The notes under the pieces are model-generated. The model saw only the letters and a list, made by a program, of their open reading frames with translations, was not told where the DNA came from and ran no database searches. A stretch of 64,000 nt of DNA from Schizochytrium sp. TIO01 (Eukaryota > Protista > Bigyra: Labyrinthulomycetes), in assembly GCA_004764695.1 (NCBI GenBank), contig SMSO01000031.1, forward strand, positions 5,934,761 to 5,998,760, read 5' to 3'. Below, piece by piece: positions 34,242-45,187 of the stretch (positions are counted from its first letter, which is position 1; every line of letters begins with the position of its first letter). The translations under genes were made by a program, and so were the position numbers.

Positions 34242-37200
34242 ATATACATATATACGTATGGCTGGCCATCTACCTAGTAGTACTACTAGTACCTCCGTAT
34301 ATAAAATAGAAAACTTCTCTATTTATACCAGGGACAATGCCGAGGCCACACTACATACTTGCTATACAGATACAGATAGATAGCTAAGAGTGAGGTCAGT
34401 AGTTATTGCTTACATTAGAATCACCACATGCCATGCCCTGCCATACTATATACTAGGTAGGTACAGAACTACCAATGGGTAGTGTTTTAACTAGCTAGTC
34501 AAGAGGTACAACTTAGCCTCGACGAGTAGCTAGCTCTATCTACGTAGTATTTAGTGCTATTGAAACAGGTGTTAAGCATTTACTACTAGATAGATACCGA
34601 ATGGTAGCAATGCATAGACTTTTCTCTCCCTCGCTCTCCGCTCTTCAACTCACTTCAGTGCTCTTTAATTCGTGTTGGCTTTCTCGCTTTCGTGCTGTCG
34701 ATCAATCTCCAAGCTAGAGTGACACTTCCAAACATTGCTCTCCATCCTGATAGCCCCCCTATATAAGGTAGGTATCCTGGAGTTGCATTGACTCATAAAC
34801 ATTTCGTGTGAGTCATCCTGTATCAGGTTACTCATGTCAGTTTAGAAGAACTCAGAAAGACGCCCGTGCTTCCATTTTACATTGCGATTTCCTTTGCCAT
34901 CTTATGCTCTCGCTGACGTGTCAACTTCAAGTTTTGACTCTTATGAGGACTTGAGTGCTCTCAAAGATGAAATCAACTTCAACACTTTAAGCGCTCCACT
35001 CTTTTTACGATGAATCTAAGAGTCGGTATCTAAAGGTACAAACTCTTATTGTCTTGAATGGGAGGTTTCGACGCTAGTAGGTTTAGTTAAGTAAAAGCCT
35101 GGCACTGCCGCATCCACTATTGTAGCCACTAGGATACCCACCTAATAGACAACTTTTTGAGAAAGCATAACCGCCATTGTGACTTAAGTTTCCCAGGTAG
35201 ATACGTAGTAAGGTACTATTGAGTGACCACTGTCACAAGTTACCTCTAGTAGATAGGCAGCTTCTATCGACCTTTAAACTTGGGTAAGAACTCAGGCCAA
35301 ACCAATCTCTCACTGATTGAATTACCTAGTATTATGAAGTAGACCGTGGCCATTAGCAACACCTGCAGTTTCGCCACTTTACTTGATTTACTGTAGCCTC
35401 GTTTATTTAAAGTTAGTGTGTTCTGTTATTGACTCTAGCTCAACTTTGCGATCAGCTGGATCATTGCTTCCGGCGCAAATAATTTAATTTGACTTGCTGC
35501 GTCTTATTGTAAATTCTTCTTGTTGATTTGTTTGACCATAGCTGGTTACTTGCTAAACCTCTAGTGCTATAACCTAGGATCTAAGAATCTCTGGCAATAT
35601 ACCTCCTTCAAACACAAAATATTCAATTAAGCTCTTTTTTTGGCGTGTTAGGACCTGGATCTCAATCGTACTGGACTTTCTGAAATTAAGATCCATAAAG
35701 GTGCTAATTTTCATGGTTTTAATTGTGTGGGACTTATGTAACTGACGTTTCCGCAAAAGAATGGCCCCACAGAAGTAGAGCGAGAGTAAGCAGAATTTTG
35801 GACCTGACTTATCGACCTGCATTAATGAGTATAGAATTGCTGTATATATGTTTGTACTGGATCAGGTGGGAAAAATCTATGGGTGCTTGCAAATAAGGAC
35901 ATCACAACTTGCCATTGACTTAGCTTGCCTTCTTCAAGTTTCTAAAAGCCACTGGTATCCCTAATGAAAAGATAGGTTAATATAGAAAATAAGGCCAGTG
36001 CCTCAAGTGAGCCAACAATTACCTGGCACCGTTATCTAAAGGAAGAGAATTAGATTATAAAATGTTTGTTCACGAGCAATCGCGAGACTCAGTGATGTTA
36101 TTTGAGATCTCCAACCAAAGAATTATATAGTCATGACTTCGCCCAGAGTTTTTGTTGCACCGCTTAAAGACGCGTGAAGGCTTAGGATAAGACGACTAGG
36201 TATATGAAGCCAAGAACTCAGATGAAAACACAATCATAGAAATATCCTTCATCAACATTCCATTCAAGCTATGTAAACTCGCATTCTTGTATTCCTTTGG
36301 TTCTTAATAATTCATCTTGTGATTCCTTTAAAAAAAAGCTAGCCCTAAAGGAACTGCAGTATTACTTTAGGGCGTTCCCAATTTCATCAGTACGGCAGAT
36401 CGGTTTTAGGCTGGTCAGGCCACATACAGTTAGAGTGATTTATAAGCTGACCTAGCTCTGTGCTCAGTTTAAAAAGTCATCATAAGCTCTTGACAAGACT
36501 AAAGCAGGCCCTACATATATAATAGGACTTTCTGTTTCTTGTAATTCCTCTGAGCACGTCTACAACTATTTAAGGTGTTTTGATGATGTTCTGCAAGAAT
36601 TACATCTCATAAAAGTTATGACCATACCTCTTCATTTCTAAAATATTTTGAACTAATTGAACATCGAGGCTTGCGCGGCCTGGTGTAGGCTCAAACGCAC
36701 GATTTTCTTCATTACCACAATTATAGATGGGGCGAACACCCATGTCATTCTAATTCAAGAGAGTCTTTGGGTCACATCAACCCCACGTAAACTAGAGAAA
36801 AGTGTAACAAAGTTAGCAATATTGCTATCGTCCTAGATAGTTTGGTAAAGCAAAAGAAGCGGGGAGAAGATGAGAAGATGACCATGAATAATCGCAATGC
36901 TTGAGAACTAGACCTACGTCATTCTCTTACTTTCTAGAGCCATTCTTTGAAACGATCGTCGAATTCAACAAGTTTCCATACTTATAATTCATCGAGAAAA
37001 ATATAATTGTATAGAGCAAAAGCAGTTCTTCGCAGTAATGACGTGGGTACCCCTAACCTTCCTACCATCAACATTTCAAGTATCAACAAGGACGAGAGAA
37101 AGAGAGAGAAGAGAGAGAGACTCCGGATAATAGCAGAATCACTCATGTTTGTGCGCTTCCATTTATGTGGCGCACGCTCAATTTTAAATTTTCTCGAATT

Positions 37201-39449
37201 CTTATATTTGGATTGAGCCCTGCCATATCTCAAGAATAGCTCAGTCCTCCCTGAGATTTGGTATGTTGCATGCGTTCGTAGTTCTTAAGCACCCGCCCTT
37301 AGATCGCTGCGAAAGAGGATCAAGAGGAAAGAGGAATAACATGTAATCTTTCTTCTTGCTCGAAATTACAGACAGTTGCTCTAATAGTGGATCGTCATGA
37401 GCCTTCTGCTTCTACTACTTCTACATAGGTACTTCTCATACTACTAGCATTCGAAGATCACGGTGTCGTAGCCAGCAAACACAATGGGAGAACATATGTG
37501 AATTATATTCGAAAATCAGAAGCAGCTAGGAACCTACTTAGGCTCGCCAGCCTTACTAGTTTGCATTGTCATGTGTTTCACCCTTCTAACGAGCACGTCT
37601 TCGTTCATTAGACGAGACTACCGTGAGTGAATATTCTGAAGCATGGCTACGTAACAAGTTCGAGCCCCTTTAGATATTCCCAATGCGAGATTTCTACTCT
37701 GTCAAGCTATTCAACCTTCAGCACAAGCAGACCGCTATCTTGCAAAACTAAGGTGGTTTGTGTGCAAGTATTTACGCTGGTGTTAGTGAAAGTAAAGGAG
37801 ATCTTCCTTGTAGTTTTAGATTGGGTTCTTCGGTTCTCTTTAAAATACGTTTTGCATTCATCAAAGAAATATGGAATTGAGAGATTGAGAGAGGTCCCTT
37901 TCTTTGGCGTCAGCCCTTATTGCCAAATTAGAAGGTATCTAAGCGTTCCTGCGTTAGAGCTGGATAAATTCTCAAAGTCAGCGAGTGCATCTGGTGTCAT
38001 TAAAAAATAAATAAAGTGATTATGCTCTTAAAAGTCAGAATTGTGAAGAGATGAAATTCGGTTTCATCGTCATGGCAGTTGAAAGAGCTGAGTCAGTACT
38101 AATCTTACGTATTCTAGGTTTCCGAACAAGCGGCGCCACGGACGCTTTTCTAGGTCGCTCGATTGCGTCTTGCTGCGGTCATTTAAAGCCTTTTAGATTA
38201 AGAAAAAAAGAAAAAGAAAAAAAAGCCCGAGCTAAAAAATAATTGATAACCTTATAATTAGAATAATAAAAAAGAGAGAGAACTTGAAAAGAGTTTGATA
38301 TTCCAGAGGACGCAAGAAAAGAAAAAAGAAGAAGAAAAAGAGGAAATTGTTCCAAAGTTGAGCGCGTGCAAAGGGACGATCAACCTGGTGTAGAACAGCG
38401 ACTCCTGACTATACATCACACGCGGTAAGCATGAGCTCAGTCTCTATCGTGGACTTCAACATTGATGGGTCCACAAAGCTAAAGGCAAAGAACGCATACC
38501 ATGTTGCATTCCCAGTTGCAGGTTTTGTCTGTCGGGTATGAAGACATTATAATGCGAACCGCCTCTGAAGAATGACGCCCTCCAAAAAGGTGGTGCTAGA
38601 GTTCAGTGAAGCACTTGAAGACTATCATGATCAAGTTGAGTGGTGGGAAAACTTCTGCCTAAGTCACTTTAGGACTATTTCTCAACTTGAAGGGTAGGCC
38701 AATCAACTTGAACAAGTCATGTTGCTCAAGATCTAATTAAGCACAACTGCCATACGGAATAACCCCAGCAGCTCCCACTTGAGGTTTGAGCTGTGTAAGA
38801 TCTTTTCTCGTCCACCGAAGACTGTCCTTTAGTTGAATTATTCCAACTTGAACTTGCAGCAGCAGCAGGTATGAGATGAGCCCTTTGGGGTTCACGAGGA
38901 GCCGCATTGGCCAGCTCTTTCTGCCTTGCCATCTCTACCTACTCCAATTCCCTCGCCCGCGAGGCAGGTAGAAGTTCGCACCACGCATCAGCTACGCCGC
39001 GTTTGCTCATAGCTGGGCGGGCGTGCAAGCACTTGCATAGTAGTAGTCATAGTAGTTACTGTAGGGATTTTTATTGATTAAAAATAAATTCATCATATTT
39101 TTAGTTGTACGTAAGGCCTAAATTTCATTTTATTTTTAATATTTTAAAAAAGTTAATTAAAAATCACCTTTTTCTTTTTAAAAAACTAAATGGAAAAAAG
39201 GTAATGAATTTCCGCCTTCAAAACAAAGCAAAATAAAACAAAGCAACTTAAAACCAAAACGATTATGAAGAATAATACGATGAGTCAAAGCCACAACTCG
39301 CGATTGAGACGACTGGTTAGCTGATGATCAACAAACAATCGCATCTTCTCAGACTCCATATTTCGCAATGACTAGCCTCTACGCTATCAAAACTTCCACT
39401 GCGCCAAAGTAGCGGCCTTTTTTGCACCTTCTGTCGCGCGTCGTTTTCC

Positions 39450-39486
39450 AAGAAGAAGAAGAAGAAGAAGAAGAAGAAGAAGAAGA
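39450..39486. repeat. (GAA)n microsatellite
   Basis: About 12 units visible. Confidence 0.95.
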
Positions 39487-40875
39487 GTATGACATGAATA
39501 GCTTTTAGAGGTGAAGAGGCCTTTGAATTTAGAATAACTAGAACTTTGCAGGTATACGAAACAGGTGGAGGAGAATTCGAAGCTTCATGCTATTTGATGC
39601 TAGGGAACTATCATTACGAAAGCCTGAAGCTATTCGCTGCTGGGTTGGTGGGTTACCTCAATGCCTCTACTCATGTGTAGTTCGGGAAGGCATAGAAATG
39701 CCGCCAGTCACGTGGAGTGAGAAACATGGTCATTGATGCAATGCGGGCTTCCTCATGTTAGGAGCTGCATTGCTTTGCGCTGTCTTCTCTCTCACTCCTG
39801 TGCAAACAACGAGGCTGCCTCCTCTCAAAAACAATCAAATCTTAATGAGAATGGAAAAAATACTTTGCATGAATAAAAACTTTTTAGGAGCTACTGCAAA
39901 TAGTATTCTGGCAAAGAAAAGAAGTTCATTAAGCGGCACGTGCTGAAGTCTTACTTGTTTTGTGTATCAAAACTATCGCGGCAGTCTACAGCTTTGAAAA
40001 CAAAACAAAAATATGCGAGCAGCGTGGAAAAAGATAAGAGAAAGAAAACATTGATGAGGGATGGTCACAGCAAGCTTCTTTCTTCCCTGCTGTCAACCTC
40101 TCAGGAAACGAACACTCAGCTTCGAGGTCCTGAGGTAACTTCGAACACTAGGCGTGGTGTTGGCATCCTTTGTCGCAGTGTCAAAGTTTGGCTGGTGATG
40201 AAGCTCATAATTCATCATTTGGCAACCAACCGACTTTCAGTTAAGCAATTCTACGGTTCGGTGAGAGTCACTATCAAAGCATTACGAGGTCTTGCATCCA
40301 GCCAACACTCACTGGCTCATATGATTTGCATTCGAGCCTCGTAGCCCACCAAATTCAAGTAATAAATGATTGTTTTGGTTGGAGTTTTTATCTCAGCTGA
40401 AAGGTTTTAAGGAGTTGCCTCTGGCCAGTGAGATTGGATCAACTGCTTTTCTCTTCTGCCTGGCCTTTTACATCTCCATCTCGTTTGATAAAATAAATAA
40501 TTACGAACACCTCAATGGACTCTCACAGATCTTTGCTGTAGTAGTAAGCCCTCAAGGCTTAAAGGGGTATTCTTCAAATACTACCTCATCTTGCAGTTTT
40601 GCTTCTCAGGATTAAATATAAACAAGGCAATCTTCCGGTCGCCAAATCATATATCCTCCCATTCGCCGAACAATGCAGCACTCGAAGTTGAACCTTCTTC
40701 TTTTGATTTGGTTTTCACCAAACATTCAATAGTTGTTTTCATCCCTTCAAGCTTTCAAGCTTTCAAGTTTTTTTTATCCAACGATAGAATTTTAACAAGG
40801 AGCAACAACGAATAATAACACACATAAGATGTAGGTAGGTAACTACTAGCTGCTCGTTCGTCTTTCCTCGCTTGG

Positions 40876-40924
40876 TGAGTCAGCGAGTAAGTGAGTCAGT
40901 GAGTGACTCGGAACGACTGACTCA
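40876..40924. promoter_or_regulatory. Cluster of TGA(G/C)TCA (AP-1/GCN4-type bZIP) motifs upstream of the LRR gene
   Basis: TGAGTCA at 40876 and 40892, TGACTCG at 40904, TGACTCA at 40918; palindromic CTTATATATAAG at 41291-41302 downstream. Confidence 0.3.
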
Positions 40925-42110
40925 TTCTAGCTCATGGAGTAAGTGATTGAATGAATGATTTCTTTAATCAAGTAGGACGGTTCGTTCTAAAATAGGCTCG
41001 GAATGATTAAATACTAAACGAATGACTTGCGATAAATGAATAACTTATAATTAAAATACAAAATACAAAATATGAATAAATGAACGAGCGAGTGAAGTGA
41101 CTCGGAGAGATTTGAGTGAACTAAAACAAAGAATTATGATGGCAGACTGCAAGTGCGTTAGCGAGAGAGGGAGTGAAATGAAGCGCTCATGAGTTAATCC
41201 ATGAATCATAAGCCATCATGTCAGTTGGTTTGGCTGGCTCAGTCAATCAGCACACTGCTGTCTACTTTCCTAATCAATCAGAGCTGTTCTCTTATATATA
41301 AGTCTCATGAGTAAACTCTTTTCTGAAAGCACCCAACATCGGTAACAGAACCACTCCGAAGCATATACTCATCATCGGGTGACTGATAGATTACTGATAA
41401 GCGCCTGGAGCTTGGGGTCCGCAGGCGAGTACCCAGGTCGGGCAGGCGGGCAGCTAATCTCAAAGTTGTATTTGCAGTGTTCAACCTGAGCAACTTACAG
41501 TTGAGGAGTTTGCGCGTCTTGGTTCGCGAACTCCTCGGAAAGGACGGGACAGATCTGTTTTGACGGGTGCTCATCGCCAGTGTCAGCAATACCACAACCC
41601 TCTCGACTCTACCTCTCTCCTTGCCTGCTGTTGTGAAGAGAGAATACACGGACATAATCAGAAAGTAAAGGACTCTGAGGCTCGCTCGTCTGGTGGGCTC
41701 TTCACTATCATCATCCATCATCATCCTCTCGGGTCGTGAACTAAGGTCTTTTATCCTCTTACCTTCTTCTTCTTTCTGTGTGTGTTATAACTTTCTTCCT
41801 TTACTTCCTTTCACTGCTTCCTTTTATATCAACCTCCCCTCAACCTCTTCTGTTTTCTTTCTCTTTCTTTTATTTGCTTTCATTGATCATCATTGTTAGT
41901 TTGGAAAAGAGGCTGTGATCATTTCTGTTGGGTACTACCAGCTAGCATAACCAATTCACCTTGGAAAAGAACGTCGTGTTGATTGCATCGACAAACACAT
42001 CCGTCCCAGGAAAAGCAGCAGCAGTAGAAGCAAGGGAACTGGAAAAGCCTTCAAAGTAAATCTACAACGCTCGAGTGGGTGAGCTAAGTAGAAAGCTTCA
42101 GACAGACCCA

Positions 42111-44135
42111 ATGCTTTCTCTAGATCATATGTCTTCAAGGTTATTTGGGAAACCTTTCATGACGGAGCAGCGTCAGAAGCAGCAGCAGCAGCAGCAGCGT
42201 CATCAGCATAATCAACAAACATATCAGCAAGGGCAATATGTGACAAGGGAAAACTATACGGAATGCCGCAAGAATGTGCAGCAAGAAGAATGTGCCACCA
42301 ACTCGACGGAGGCGTTACAAGTGAACAAAACACTAAGCACCAGAGAAATCCGCCAAGAGAATCCCCCCAATGGTCAACACGAGCTGTGCTCTCCCAAGAC
42401 AGCTAGAAGTAATACACAATTCCAATCCAAACAACCAATGGTACCTATTACGTCTGAACCTGTAACATCCACCACATTGAAAGCAAGCCCTACTCGCAGC
42501 TTGGGATTTTCGAAATCCTCTTCAAGTCTGGCTACAAAGGGAACAAACACAAGCAGTCAAACAAGTGAGTCAAAAAGTGGAATCTCAGCACGAAGGCGAT
42601 CCAGTACGAGCTCCCTAGGTAATATTTTTGTAGCGGGGCTCGGAAATCTCGAGCTTCGAGCTAAGCTCCTTAGTGCTTTGTCTGTTGCAGAACCAACATC
42701 TCCGCCATATGTATGTAACACTAGTCACACTCGTCATGACGCTGGTCTCCCAATGCACCAAGATAGTATCGCTTGGGTATGTCTTGAGGAAAAACAAGCA
42801 GGCATGTCCGTGCGGCTAGTTGCTGTCAAGCGGTATAATTGGACTCATAACTCACGTGCGCAGCGAGTTTGGGCACAACAGCAATTTCGTGCATGGATAT
42901 ATACAGCAACAAATCGCAAGGATAAGTCTGTTCGTGCCTCGCTAGCCAGCGCCATATTGAAGGGTACTCGATGGAAGGTGCGAGAAGTTGAAGATGGCGG
43001 CCCAAGACTTTGCATTGAAGATCCTATTGATCTTTCTCATCTTACTCATCTCAAATGCCTCCCAGACAAGGTCAATTTTATGCAAGGCCTGCGAATTACT
43101 GGAAGCAGTCTTGAGGCACTACCAAAGGAAATGTTTGTAGGTCATTCCCTAGTCTTGCATCGCTGTTCAAATCTACGCGAGCTCCCACCTTACCTCATGG
43201 TTCAAGGCACACTCTCGATTATTGAATGTTCCCAACTCCGGCGCATTTATCCCCACCTTTATGTTCGGCACGATTTTTACCTTGAGGACTGTGCATTGCT
43301 GCATTCGATTGGCGCTCATGTTCACGTGCAAGGGAGCTTTTTCTTGAGAGATGTTGATCTCCTGAAGTATTTGCCTGTTGACCTCCAGGTGGCAGGAGAC
43401 GTGGTGATCGCACGGTGTGCCAGCCTCTGTACTCTTTCAGAAGCAATGCGCGTTGGAGGTAGCTTACATGTAGACATGTGCCCTAACCTCGTGCATGCGG
43501 GTCCAGATCTTCGTGTTCGTGGAGATCTTCGTATCATAGCTTGCCATGGTCTTCAACAGCTCGGAACTGGGCATCTCTCAATTGGAGGTTCGATTGATCT
43601 CGCTTCTTGCTCGAGTCTTCGCTCTCTAGGTTTGGGGTCTAACTTGCGCGTGCATGGAAATCTAAACCTTCGCGAATGTTCAAGCTTGGAAAACCTTCCC
43701 AGGCGACTCGTTGTAGATCGTGACTTCATTCTTTTAAAGGCCGCTGTCTCACGCCTGGGCACCGTTCTGGTTGGCCGTGATCTTAGTATTGCGAATTGTG
43801 GAAATCTCATCTCAATTGGTTCTCATTTACAGACAGGGCGGAACTGCTGCATTACAAACTGTCCTTCATTACAAACCATTGGTTCGCATATGTTTGTGGG
43901 TGGTAACTTGGACTTGAGTGGAGATGTACGGCTTGCTCAGTTCCCCGAAGATGTGAGTTTAGAAGGAGGTTTGACCTTAAATGATTGTGTAAGCCTCGTT
44001 CGTCTGCCTGATAACCTTTATATTGATGGCGACCTCAGTTTGCGAGGATGCAAGTTAAAATCGCTCCCTAAAGACCTTCACTGCACAGGAAGTCTTTCTT
44101 TTGAGGCCTGTGATAGAATTCCGTGTTTTCCTTAA
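42111..44135 (+). CDS. Leucine-rich-repeat protein with about 18 tandem 21-aa LxVxGxLxLxxCxxLxxLP repeats and a disordered Q/S-rich N-terminus
   Basis: Uninterrupted ORF of about 674 aa from the first ATG at 42111. Repeats include LRVHGNLNLRECSSLENLPRR and VSLEGGLTLNDCVSLVRLPDN. The start codon is uncertain. Confidence 0.88.
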   Translation: MLSLDHMSSRLFGKPFMTEQRQKQQQQQQRHQHNQQTYQQGQYVTRENYTECRKNVQQEECATNSTEALQVNKTLSTREIRQENPPNGQHELCSPKTARSNTQFQSKQPMVPITSEPVTSTTLKASPTRSLGFSKSSSSLATKGTNTSSQTSESKSGISARRRSSTSSLGNIFVAGLGNLELRAKLLSALSVAEPTSPPYVCNTSHTRHDAGLPMHQDSIAWVCLEEKQAGMSVRLVAVKRYNWTHNSRAQRVWAQQQFRAWIYTATNRKDKSVRASLASAILKGTRWKVREVEDGGPRLCIEDPIDLSHLTHLKCLPDKVNFMQGLRITGSSLEALPKEMFVGHSLVLHRCSNLRELPPYLMVQGTLSIIECSQLRRIYPHLYVRHDFYLEDCALLHSIGAHVHVQGSFFLRDVDLLKYLPVDLQVAGDVVIARCASLCTLSEAMRVGGSLHVDMCPNLVHAGPDLRVRGDLRIIACHGLQQLGTGHLSIGGSIDLASCSSLRSLGLGSNLRVHGNLNLRECSSLENLPRRLVVDRDFILLKAAVSRLGTVLVGRDLSIANCGNLISIGSHLQTGRNCCITNCPSLQTIGSHMFVGGNLDLSGDVRLAQFPEDVSLEGGLTLNDCVSLVRLPDNLYIDGDLSLRGCKLKSLPKDLHCTGSLSFEACDRIPCFP

Positions 44136-44720
44136 TTCCCTTTTGTTTCAAATGAGGTTGAGCTTCGCGCTACAAAGTTGAGACAATAATCTTTATCTTT
44201 TCAATGCAAATGACATAAAGAAAAACTATTGGAGGAAAGTACAAACAATGCTTTCTATTGTGGGGCCAAGGCTACAATATTAATGCGTACTTTTGAAGAG
44301 CTTGAATGACTCCATCCAAATGAATGCTCACATCTTTGTAGAGCACCTCACATCTAGTTTTATCGGATTCTTATACATCACGCTTGCAGAGGATCGAACA
44401 TCACAGAGCACAGGCCTTACTATTCCTAGTTCGATTGGGTACAAGATAATCAAGAACTAGTCGGGCTAGTTGTAACTCCCTTGCCACAGCATGAGCTACG
44501 CCAGGCGTGCATTGCGTTATAATAGCTAGGTAGTTGTTCTAATATTGCTAGCTAGCTAGGCTGTCGTTCGCCTTTACGATATTAAGGTTGAAGAATAATA
44601 CCGATTCTGCACAAATATACTTGGATTTTACAGATTAAGTGAGCGCTTAGGTACCTGATAATTGCATCATATATGAAATGTAACTGATTATCTGTTTCAA
44701 ATTTTCAAATTTTCTTACTT

Positions 44721-44767
<47 letters not shown>

Positions 44768-45187
44768 TTTGTTGTTGTTGTTGAGATGATGTTGTCAATG
44801 ATGATGGTTTTGAATGAAAAGAGCGTTCATAACGAGACAATTACGTATAAAAACAACCTGTTGAATATGAAGAAAAGAAGATGCATGATTTCACATCATT
44901 TGGCATAAAATCTTCTCTGTATGTTTTTGGTTTGGTGTGCACGTTTAGAAATACTTTCTACTATGATGTACGAGTCAGGAAGCACAAAATAGTATCATCA
45001 GAAAAGTTTATGGATAATGAGATTGTTTTTGTTGGACGTAGGGAAAGACTACCAAAACGAGGCAAATGTCGTTCTGACCTTATCTACTGAAGATGGGATA
45101 GTACAAGTAAAGAAGAGGAAGAAGAAGAAGATCACAAAAGAAGTAAAAATGACCATAAGAGGCTATCTTATCAGGCAATAAATTCAT

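Noticed and set aside
33741-34383. FVCL/KQTN-repeat ORFs
   Set aside because: Translations of the (GTTT)n microsatellite
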